From assembly GCA_008632985.1 (NCBI GenBank), contig QPGO01000258.1:20166-84165 (forward strand): 64,000 nt of DNA, written 5' to 3'. Under the pieces are notes generated by a model that saw only the letters and a program-made list of their open reading frames with translations, had not been told where the DNA came from and did not search any database. The DNA is from Psammoneis japonica. Its lineage: Eukaryota. Within the stretch, counting starts at the first letter, position 1. Each line of letters starts with the position of its first letter. The position numbers and the translations under genes were made by a program. Of this stretch, positions 25,888 to 36,419 are shown one piece after another.

Positions 25888-27888
25888 ATGGCGTCGTCGT
25901 GGTTGTCGGTTCCCAAAGACTCGGACTTTTCGCTTCGCAACATACCTTTTGGTGTGGTGTCACCTCGCTCGAAACTACCGCGATGTGCTACGATTGTCGG
26001 TGACACGGTTGTCGATTTACAAGTCTTGCAGGAAGCGGGACTCTTGGATGATATACCCAATCTAGGTCCCAATGTCTTTGCAGAGCCAACGCTCAATTCA
26101 TTTCTGAAACACACGAAACCAGTGTGGACGGCCACCCGAGAACGTCTTATGAATCTCTTGACAGGTACTGACAAGCGTCTTTCTACAAACAGTAAGCTTC
26201 AGCAAGCGGCTTTGTATCCCGTCGAAACGGTAGAAATGTGTATGCCTGTCACTGTGGGTGACTATACCGACTTTTACTCGAGCCGAGAGCATGCAACCAA
26301 CGTGGGTATCATGTTTCGTGGCAAGGAAAACGCCTTGCAACCCAATTGGCTTCATTTGCCCGTCGGTTATCACGGACGGTCCTCAACCATATTTCTCTCG
26401 GGAAAGCCCATTCATCGTCCGTGTGGACAGTTGCAAAAAGACAAGGATGATCCCAAACAAGGCAGCATCTATGGTCCTTGCCGATTGCTAGATTACGAAT
26501 TGGAGGTGGCTGCGGTCGTCGGCGGACCTGCCAATACGGCTCCCATGTCACTCGAACAAGCCAAGCACCGCATCTTTGGATATGTTCTCATGAATGATTG
26601 GTCGGCGCGAGATATTCAAAAGTGGGAGTATGTTCCGTTGGGTCCCTTTACGGCGAAGAACTTTGCCACCACAATTTCTCCATGGATTGTCACCATGGAC
26701 GCTCTTGAAGACTTTCGTGCCATCAGTTCGGCTGGTCCAGAGCAAGTCGATCCAATGCCGCTACCCTATCTCCAAGACCCAATTTATAGTTCGTTTGATG
26801 TCAAGCTATCCGTTGGAGTCAAGGCTTCCGACCAGTCAGAGCCCACCGTGGTTGCTCGATCCAACTTGAAGCACATGTATTGGAACGCGGCTCAACAACT
26901 TGTGCATCACTCTGTAACGGGTTGTGTGATGCAAGCAGGCGACTTGTTGGGGAGTGGAACAATCTCTGGAACAGAACCGGGATCCTATGGCAGCATGCTT
27001 GAATTGAGTTGGAAGGGTACCAAGGAAATTCCATTGGGTGACCAAGTGCGCAAATTCCTCAAAGATGGTGATTCCGTAGTAATGAAGGGATACTGTGTCG
27101 GACAAGACGGAACTCGCGTGGGCTTTGGCGAATGTGAAGGCACCATTTTGCCAGCCAGAACTGACAACACTCCTGATAATTCCTCTTTGGTGCAAGAGGA
27201 CCGATACGTTGATTTCAAGCTTTATGGTTACTGGAGGTCGTCATGCACTTGGCGTGTCCGCGTGGCGCTTGCCGCAAAGTCCATTCCATATGAAACAATC
27301 CCCATTGACCTTGCTAAAGGCGAAAACAAAAGCAAAGGCTTTCTTTCCATTAATCCCATGGGACAAGTACCAGTCTTGGAGTGCAAAGACCGCGTTTCTG
27401 GCAATGTCATTCGGTTGTGCCAGTCGCTTGCCATTATTGAATTTCTCGAGGAGGCCTTTCCTCAGCGCAGGTCTCTCCTTCCCACCGGCCCAGTAGATAA
27501 AGCCATGGCTCGAGAAATGGTGGAAATTATCAATGCTGGTACACAGCCACTTCAAAATATCATGCACCTCCATAAGCTTGAAGAATTGTCGGAAGGCAAA
27601 GTCCAGGCGATTGACCAGGCCAGGATCGCAAATGAGATGGGCCTTGCCTCATTGGAAAAGGTCGTGATTCAATGCCAGCTAGAACGAAATGGGCCGTATT
27701 GTCTTGGAACGTTTTCTCCCACGCTCGTCGATACTGTAATGGTACCTCAACTGTACAATGCTCGTCGGTTTGGGGCCGATGTTGACAATGTATGCCCCAC
27801 GTTGGTACAGATCGACAGATTTTGTTGCGATCATGTGTGGTTCCAAGCGTCTCATCCTAGTGTTCAGCCGGATGCCCCAAGAGAGTAG
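25888..27888 (+). CDS. FAH: Fumarylacetoacetase fused to C-terminal maleylacetoacetate isomerase (GST-zeta)
   Basis: FAH motifs DFSLRNIPFG, GDYTDFYSSREHATNVG, LPVGYHGRSS, LDYELE, NDWSARDIQKWEYVPLGPF, GDLLGSGTISG; then GST-zeta motifs LYGYWRSSCTWRVRVAL, NPMGQVPVL, QSLAIIEFLEE, AGTQPLQN, PQLYNARRF, HPSVQPDAP in one uninterrupted 666-aa ORF. Confidence 0.96.
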   Translation: MASSWLSVPKDSDFSLRNIPFGVVSPRSKLPRCATIVGDTVVDLQVLQEAGLLDDIPNLGPNVFAEPTLNSFLKHTKPVWTATRERLMNLLTGTDKRLSTNSKLQQAALYPVETVEMCMPVTVGDYTDFYSSREHATNVGIMFRGKENALQPNWLHLPVGYHGRSSTIFLSGKPIHRPCGQLQKDKDDPKQGSIYGPCRLLDYELEVAAVVGGPANTAPMSLEQAKHRIFGYVLMNDWSARDIQKWEYVPLGPFTAKNFATTISPWIVTMDALEDFRAISSAGPEQVDPMPLPYLQDPIYSSFDVKLSVGVKASDQSEPTVVARSNLKHMYWNAAQQLVHHSVTGCVMQAGDLLGSGTISGTEPGSYGSMLELSWKGTKEIPLGDQVRKFLKDGDSVVMKGYCVGQDGTRVGFGECEGTILPARTDNTPDNSSLVQEDRYVDFKLYGYWRSSCTWRVRVALAAKSIPYETIPIDLAKGENKSKGFLSINPMGQVPVLECKDRVSGNVIRLCQSLAIIEFLEEAFPQRRSLLPTGPVDKAMAREMVEIINAGTQPLQNIMHLHKLEELSEGKVQAIDQARIANEMGLASLEKVVIQCQLERNGPYCLGTFSPTLVDTVMVPQLYNARRFGADVDNVCPTLVQIDRFCCDHVWFQASHPSVQPDAPRE

Positions 27889-28789
27889 ACGATTCCTTAA
27901 AGCTACACTCGTGTAGTATTTACTATTCATACATGTATTAAATCTGGTTCCAGAGATGTTATAAGATAGAGAAGTTAGTTATAATAAGAGTAGTACACCA
28001 TCGGAGGCGCGATGTTGCTGACAATAAATCTGCTGGGACTTACCGGTATTCAATAATATTCCTGGCGGATGCGCTTTGTCGGTCGGTAGTATTCGGCATC
28101 ACGTTAGCGGCGAGATAACTCTCGCCTGAGCCGCTTAGTCTCTGCGTCTGCATTAAGAAGCCTGGTGCAAACTGTTTGTACTCTCAGCTTCTGAGCTTAC
28201 TTTCCATGTCCCAAGGAACAGTCTCAAAGGGTTGAGCACACTTTAGGTGGGCTTCTTGACTACAGTTGTGGTGGCAAAGCAAAATCTGGGAGAAATCTGG
28301 TGGCAAAATGTCGGCCATCAGAAAAAGTGACTTCTGCCATGCTGTTTGCACTCTCAGCTTCTGAGCGTGCTCTTCACATCCCAAGGTGCAATTCTTGGAT
28401 TTCAGCACTTTGGGGAAGAAAATTGTCCCTCCACTTTCTAAACTGAGCCACAGTTCCGCCTTGTTCATTGTTGTGAAAGTCAATCATCGTTCAGATGTCT
28501 GCAACTTCTTCTCTGTGACCTCCAGTGCAAGACGATGCCTTTGAGATCAGATTGTCCATCCTGCAAACTGGACGAGACATTTGGAGTCCCCCAGCTGTTG
28601 TTGTGTGAACAAGCACTGCTGCACCCCACACCGAGAATGGGATGTGATGACAGACAGTGTCACTTGAGGTGCAACAAGATGACTCCAGACAGCACAACAA
28701 TTCCCGATGAGAGACGACATGACTCAAGACTGAGTGACATTTGGCACCACAGCGGCTGACGCCCACAGCACATTGATGCCCCAAAAAGC

Positions 28790-29250
28790 AGAATTTTTTT
28801 ACACCTGTGAATCAAAGATTTGATCAATGAAGCACAAGTGAAGAGATGAAATGAACAAATGAAGATCAAAGCATGGATGGCATCAACTCCACATTTTGTG
28901 GTCTTCCTCATCAATGCAGGAGAACAACATTTCTCTTCACAGCTCCCTCACATCACACTCAAGACAGGGGGCACATTTCTTAAATGTGTCAAGTCAAAAC
29001 AAGCAATGTTCATTGATGGAGAAGGTGCAGCAAACAAACGAACATCGGATCCTGGGTTTGGTCACTCAGAAATGGCTGACAACAGAGAAAAAGCCCATCT
29101 TTTGATTTCCACACAACAAACACACCATTTCTTGCCAAACCAATGGCCACATCTGACAGCAAGAACTTCCAAAACCAACACACATGCTTTCACTAGATGG
29201 CAATGACAAAGAACAGCTCACACAAGGCTGGGCATGGGTTGGCAGCACAT
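28790..29250 (+). repeat. Decayed relative of the 55700-56327 inverted-repeat arm
   Basis: CTCAGAAATGGCTGACAA...CCCATCTTTTGATTTCCACACAAC...GCCAAACCAA matches 56136-56215 with CG->TG/CA and TA->CA/TG changes. Confidence 0.85.
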
Positions 29251-31610
29251 CACTGCATGCAAGCAAAAAATCCAGGCTTTGGACAAAAGTCTGCACACAT
29301 CCTGCCAACATTTCTCCTCCCCAAGGCTGCCCACACTGCAGCGCACTCTTGTCCCCAGCAGGTCAGTGCAGATTTTTTGAGCTTCCTGGCTTCAGCAGAG
29401 AAAAGTGGCCTTCTGTGATGGCACCAACCAACTCAACAAGCCAAACAGCAGGCTGAGGACACAAACTGGTGGGCCCCACCATGCGACACTCTAAGAGCTG
29501 CATGGTTGAGTGTTTGGCAGTGCAAGGCCAGTGTTGTGCACACTTGTGGTGCCCTGTCATGTCCTCCCACCAGCCAGAAGCACACCTCAAACTCCCAAAG
29601 CTCTGTGCCAGATGGTGTTGTGCACTCGCCGCATGCGTGCAGCTCAGCCTGATGTGAAGTTGCAGGCCACACACAGAGAGTTGGAGCTGACAGACAGATC
29701 CACATGACTGGGTCTTGCAGCATCAGCCAGAGAGTTTTTTTTGCTGGCAAGTTGCTTCTTGCCACAAGCTGCCCCAGATGCCTGGAAAACTGGCCCACTT
29801 TGAGAATGGCCACAAACTCCAAAACAGCACACCGCTGAAGCCAAGAAATGATGGCAACCAGTGCATTTAGAGGGTGCATCAACAATGGCAGGATGTCCTC
29901 CAATTCTGGACTCCCTCCTTGGAAAAAAGCTCTCCAGACACTGACAGCAAGTTTGAGTGGGGGGGGGGGGGGGGGGGGGGGCAAGCACACCTGATTGAAC
30001 TCCAAGGTGCACTGAGCTTTGCTTGCACAAAGAAAGTGGCTTGGGGCTCATCATGATTTTGCCTTCTGATCTCTGGACATCCTGATGCTCCACAAATTTC
30101 AACCCTGCCACAGCTTTGGCAGTGCTGCATCTTCTTGTCCCTCTGCACAGCATCCTGTGCCACAGGTTTCTGTTCTTTGCAAACTGCAGGAACAGCCCAC
30201 CATCCATGGAGATTGTGCATGTTGTTCTCAAAGCAGACTTGGATGACATGAGCATGTCTGGTCTGTCCAAAAACTCTTGCAATTGCAGTGCTTCAGACCG
30301 CTGGCCTCAAGCTGGCTGACCTCCATTTCTCCTGGCATGTGCTGCTGCTGACTCCTGCCCCCTGCTGCCTTTGAATGGTGTCAGGGTGTGTTTGCAGCAT
30401 GTCTGGGATGCGCTCTGCCAGAGGCCAAAGAGGAGCCAGCTGCATGCCTCTTGTTGTGAACCACATGCTCAGTGGATGGCACCCCAGAGCTGACCACACA
30501 AACAAACTCTTCTCTTTGTGTCATGTGAGGCTGCATTGAAAGTTTCCTTGACAGTGTCTTGAGGACCCACTTGCACATCTTGAGCTTCTTTTTTGAGTCA
30601 AACTCCATGCATCCCAAGTTGGCTGCCTGCCTTGGCCCTCCAATTCCAAGACCTCTGTTCACAACTGACTTCAAAAATGCTGCTTCAAGCAACTCACCAG
30701 GAGCTCCTCTTGTGGCAACAGACACAGACCCCATGACCAGCTTGGCTGATTTTCCAGTCACTGTGAGCATCATCCTGTGTCTGGAGCTGTTTTGTGACCA
30801 CACCTTTCTCTCCACACAAGGTGCTGGTGAGCTTGTCACATGCATGTGACAAACCATGTTTTCATCAGATCCCAACCTGGAGAAGAGCAGTTGAAAATCT
30901 TGCAGTCTTGGCCACAAATGCTCTTCCCAAGTGACAGAATTGCTGCCAGAGCTTGGACACAGAGATGTCATCTCCTGGTCCAACTTCAGTCCCCAGCTTG
31001 AGCAATGACCACATCAAACTTGAGATGTCAGCTGCTCAGATCCATTCACACAACATGCAGAGACTGCAATGTGACTGTGTCATCCTCACATTTGAGTTCA
31101 ATGCACTGCGCACAGAACACAACTCTGAGATTGATCCCCAGCATGCTGTTTTTAAGCACTGTGGCTGTGGGGTCCAATGAGTCACTTGCCATTGTGGGAG
31201 GCTCCATGATGCACCACATGGGTTGGAACACATGGCCACAAAATTTCACTGATCTTGGAGCCATGACACATTGCTCCATGTGGAGCACAGTTGGCAAATG
31301 GTTGAGCTGAAGTGCAGAAGCTGCAGTCTGACACATGTCAGCTGGGAGAACTGCTTGCATGGACTGTCACTCTGCTCAGATGCCTCCTGAGCTTCTTGTC
31401 AGCATTCCTTCAAAATGATGCCACCCCAAACACTTGCCCTTCACAGCTGGAGTTGACACATGAGGATCCTCCAGCACAAACTTGGTCTGAAGCCTTCTGA
31501 TCTCTTCACACAGAGAGACTCTGTTGTTCTGACAGAAGTGTGTGCAATGCCAAGAGTGAAGGTCATCAGGCCTGACACTTGAAAACAAAAACTCCCTGAA
31601 GACAATGTAA

Positions 31611-32274
31611 AAAAGCTGACAAAGCAAGAAGAGTGCACACCTCTGCTGAAGATTCTGCACTCTGCATCTGAAGCTGCACATCTTGTGATCCCTTTGAGCA
31701 ACACCAGTGTGGGCAAAGAGCAGCAGCACATGGGAGTCCAGTGCCCTCATTGCTGGCCAGTTTCAGCTTTGTTTTGTGTGGTGTCCCAGATGCTGACACA
31801 CCTCAGGAAACTTTGTTGCCACCAGACCATGCAAAAGCTGACAAAGAGAAGTGTGCACACCTTTGCTGAAGATTCTGCATTCTGCAAATGAAGCTGCATG
31901 TCTTGTGGTCCCTTTGAGTGACACCGGCATGAGTGAAGAGCAACAGCACATGGGAGTCCAGTGTCCTTGTTGCTGGCCAGTTTCAGCTTTGTTTTGTGCA
32001 GTGTCCCAGATGCTGACACACCTTGGGAAACTTTGTTGCCACCAGACCATGCAAAAGCTGACAAAGAGATGTGTGTGTGTGCCTGCCTTTGCTGAAGATT
32101 CTGCATTCTGCACATGAAGCTGCACATTTTGTGGTCCCTTTGAGTGACACCAGCATGGGCAAAGAGCAGCAGCACATGGGAGTCTCCAGTGTCCTCATTG
32201 CTGGCCAGTCCCAACTTTTTTGTGTGCGGTGCCCCAGATGCTGAGACACATCTCAGGGAACTTTGTTGCCACCA
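31611..32274 (+). repeat. Three tandem ~220-bp units
   Basis: AAAAGCTGACAAAG starts at 31611, 31833 and 32053; shared GCTGAAGATTCTGCA, CAGCACATGGGAGT, AACTTTGTTGCCACCA. Confidence 0.92.
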
Positions 32275-34044
32275 AATTGGCTGCAGGAGTTTTGCCTGTG
32301 TCCAAGGGTGTCTTGAGCCTGCAGGAGGAAGTGGTTCATTGGGGCTGCACAACTCTTCCCTCCTTCACAAGCCCAGCTGAGAATGGGTGCTGCACCTTTG
32401 CACAGAGGCTCTCAACAGCTGTCTGGAAAATGTGATTGCTCTTGTTCAGCACTGAAATTTGCTTGGCAAGAAGCCTGCATGTTCTTGTCAAGAAGTGCTC
32501 TTTCACAGTGAGCAAATGGCTTTTTACAAATGGCCAACTCAGCAAAGTGGTGAAAAAGAACCAGACTTGAGGAAGTTTGGTCTCACAATGCATGAGCTCT
32601 TGATGACATTTTGTTTTGAACTCAACCACTGTGCAACACTGTTGTGAATGCTGGAGTGTCAACTGTCAACTAAAGCAGCAAAGCAGGAGACAACAATGAA
32701 TGGAGCATGGCTCATTTCTGTGCACATGTGCCCCAAGTTGTTCTCAGCAATTGTTGTTGTTCATTGGCTGGACAACACTGACATTTGATTTGTTTGCTTG
32801 TCAACTGTTGTGCATGATTTTGCAATTTTGTGGCTTCCAATGTGGCGATGTTTGCTTTCTGCCCACCTGGCAATGTTTGTCGTTTGGTGCATGCTCTCAT
32901 TCCATGCTGTCATTCCACTGCAAATTTTGCTCCCTCTGTTGTTTGAGCCACCACCCAATTGCCTGTCCCACTGTCTCTTGCAGCTTGTTGTGCATCTTGG
33001 CACTCTTGTCTGTGCTGACATCACACAGTGCTCCAGTCTTTTGTGTTTCAAAGAGAGTCAATTTTTGTGACAGCTTTTCATTGTGAGACATGACTGGTGC
33101 AATCCCTGACAGAAGAAAGCAGAGAAGTTGTCAGTTTGTCACATTTTCTTAGCAAGCATGGTGCAATGCTGCTCTTTCTTCTTGCCTGTGTGCAATGTTG
33201 CAGCAGTTTGTGTCTTGTCCTTGGCTGTTTTTGTCAACTTGTCTGAGCTTCAGCAAGAAACAAAAAGAAAGCACAAAGGGAAAGAGTCAGTTTGTTGTCT
33301 GCCACCCAAGCTGCCTTCTCTCATGCCATGGACCCAACCTCTTGCCTTTCCTGTGGCTTTTCTTTGTCGTCCTGTGCAAAGTCCTGGGTTTTGTTGGTGC
33401 CTGCCTGCAAGGTTGTCATGGCTTGTGTGCTGCTTGGGTGTGTCCTGAGTTTTTGTGCTTTTTTGTGTGGTTGTGATGTGCCTTTTTGCCACAGAGCCAA
33501 GCCAGCCAGCCTGGTGATCATTGCCTGTGTTGTTTTGCAAGTGGTCATCTTAAAATGAAGCCTTTCATTGCATCATTTTTTGAAGATCAAGTTGTTTCAG
33601 TCAACTCAATTGAGTCACTTCATTGGTCTTTGTCCTTGACACATTCTGCTGTTTGTGAACTCTCATCTGTCTGGCCCGCACAGCTGGGTGTTGAATGTTG
33701 TTTCAATCAAATGTGGTGTGCACCCATTTCAAAAGGTTGAGATCTCAGTTTTGTGGCCTCAATTGGCTCTGTCAAGAATGAAATTTTCAGATTTGTGCTG
33801 GTCCCTGCAGTTTGATTGTTTGTGCCCGTGAGGCTGCTGTTAAAGCAAATCTTTGCAGCAAGTCTGCACATGCACAATGACCTTTGTTGCTGTTGCACTC
33901 TGATCATGGTTGAAACTTGCAGGCAGGAGGTCAGAAGAGGTCATGGAGTTGGTTGTGCAGGTGGTTGCAGACAGAGAGTTAGTTGAGCAAGAGGTTGGCT
34001 GGGTCAGCACAGATGGCAAAAGGGTCAAATGTCAAATGGTGATG

Positions 34045-34940
34045 CCAACCAAACAACCTGACAGTTGCAAGCTGAAGACACTGGCAGCATCTGTCTGGCA
34101 CACCCCAGGCAACTTCTCAAGAACTGTGGCCAGGCAAAATTGCAAAACTGATCTTGTGGTGTTGTGGCCGGATGTCACCTTGTCTCCACCAGCACCTGCA
34201 AACTTGATCTCCTGAGTTCTAGATTGCAGGGACCCCATGATGTCAACAACGAATCTGACAGCAAGCTGAGGGCATTGGTGGCATCTGGTCAATTCCTGGC
34301 ACAATGCTTTGACAACTGGTGCTGGGCATTGAAAGGTTGGTTTTGTTGCTGTTGTGGCCTCACATCACCTTGCCCCCAAAATGGCAGGTGAGCAGACTTG
34401 ATTTTCCCAAATCCAGAGTGCAGCAATCCCATGGCGGCACCAACCAACCTGACCAATGCAAGCTGAGGGCATTGGCAGTCTCTGGTGGACCCCAGGTGAC
34501 TGTGGCTGAGCATTGTGAGGTTGACCTTGTGGTGCTGTGGCCGCATGTTGCCTTGACCCCAACAGCAGCCAGAACTTGAGAACCCCAAATCCAGAGTGCA
34601 AGGATCCCATGACAGCTCCAACCAGGTTTTTCTCCTGGATCTTGAGCTGCTTTTGCATCCTTTTCTGACTGTGATTGTTCTTTGTCCTCATGGTGTGAAT
34701 GCTTTGCATCCATTCCAAAAGAAAGCAACAACCTCACTCTTGTGCACCAGTGTGGGTCAGCTGGTGATGGCGCAGCTGGGCAAAGGTGTGTCGGCACTTT
34801 AAAGTTGGGTTTGAGTTTTTTTGTCCCTGCCAGCACCTGCAAACTTGAGCCCCCCAAACTGCAAAGTGCAAGGACCCTGTGATGGCACCAACCAACCTGA
34901 CAGCTGAAAGCTGAGGGCATCATCAGTGTCTGGTGGATTG
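34045..34940 (+). repeat. Degenerate ~195-bp repeats
   Basis: AAC(C/T)TGAC...AAGCTGA(G/A)G.CA.TGG motif near 34050, 34245, 34440 and 34890. Confidence 0.7.
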
Positions 34941-35043
34941 ATCTCACAGGAAACACCCCCCAAGACCAATCTTGAAATCAGCCAACAACGACACAACTCA
35001 TCAACATTCACTTGGATCGAGCCTCGATAGAGCTGTAAACAAC

Positions 35044-36080
35044 ATGACTGAGATGGAGGAGGATGCGACCATGACGTTGGATGAATCCGACAACATTGTC
35101 ATGAGTAATGCGAACACTACGATTGATGCCTCAGTCGTTCAGAGTCGAATTCTGCAAAGCGCCTCAATTGCAAAGGAGCAACAGAACGAGGAGGATGACG
35201 AGCAGCAGCCGGTGTTTCCCAAGCTCAATGCCACGTAGGCATCCCAAAACAAGGTGGATTATCGCCGTGTCAGATGCCCGGCTCATCGTTACACGCCGCT
35301 TCGAGAAACGTGGGAGCAAATTCTAACACCGTTGGTGGAGTACCTAAAATTGCAGGCGAGTAGCGGAACTTTTGTTTTCTGAGCCATGGTTCTTATCTCG
35401 TGCACGTGATGAAAGTTGCCGAATGCTTCTTAGAGCCACTGCTGTTTTTGGACGTTCGACGTTCGAGAGAACACAAACCCTCCGAAAATCCAGTGTGTTA
35501 TTCGAGGATGAAGCATGGTGCGGCGTCTAGTCGCGGTCTGATGCACCGAGCCATGAACCTTTCTGTGTACGTGTGGCGATACTTATTGCACCTCTCTCAC
35601 ACAGCATGTTTGTACTCTTCTATTCTACTTTCTTTAGGTTCGTTTCAATACAAAGACGAGGTCCGCAGAGATGAAGACGTCGCCGCATACCATAGATACT
35701 GGAGCTCTCCAAAAGGGATCTGATTTCGTTGCAGCCTTCATGCTTGGCTTTGATGTTCAGGATGCAGTAGCTTTGTTGCGATTGGATGATTTGTATATTG
35801 AATCCTTTTCCGTCACGGACGTGAAAATGTTGAGAGGTGACCACTTGAGTCGGGCTGTTGGTCGAATTGCTGGACAGGACGGAAACACCAGATTTCCCAT
35901 TGAGAACGCGACACGGACTCGAATTGTTATTGCTGATACTCGCATCCACATGCTTGGATCTTATAGTAACATACGGCTGGCTCGTAACGCTATCTGTGAC
36001 TTGATTCGTGGTGCACCGCTCCGGGAAAGGTGTACAACAACATGAGAAATGTTGCAAAAAGAATGAAAGAAAGATACTAG
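35044..36080 (+). pseudogene. PNO1: PNO1/Dim2 KH-domain pre-rRNA processing factor, apparently disabled; two exons (35044-35355, 35638-36080)
   Basis: RRVRCPAHRYTPLRETWEQILTPLVEYLKLQ | VRFNTKTR...ALQKGSDFV..FMLGFDVQDAVALLRLDDLYIESF...LRGDHLSRAVGRIAG. In-frame TAG at 35236-35238, frameshift near 36019 before PGKVYNNMRNVAKR, GC-AG intron 35356-35637. Confidence 0.88.
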
Positions 36081-36419
36081 CTATCTCTAGTGAGATCTTT
36101 AACTTTTGAGAGATACGATTTTAGCCACTGTACTCTTTTGTGATGATTCGTTAAGCTAACATGACAACGAAAGAGGTGCTCCTCATCTTTCACATCCAGC
36201 GAGCCATCGATGCCATGTCATCAAGCAATGCCACTAACTTGAAGCATGCAACGCAACATGACACAGAAAAAAATAAAAGATACCGTGCGCAGCGTCCATC
36301 CATTGTCCGTGTTCCGTGTTCCGGCCAAAACCCCAGCCAACAGCCAAAGCAGCAGCAGGCAGCAGCAACTAAAGAAGGTCGTGCTCCATAACACTTCGCC
36401 AAGATAGAAGTACTATACC

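Larger units (their letters stand above)
28150..34980. other. TpA/CpG-depleted hypermutated domain 3
   Basis: Near absence of TA and CG, sharp edges next to the FAH 3' region and the PNO1 5' end. Confidence 0.9.

Noticed and set aside
29959..29981. Long G run (and C runs near 13765 and 17090)
   Set aside because: Simple homopolymers of unreliable length with no supporting structure.
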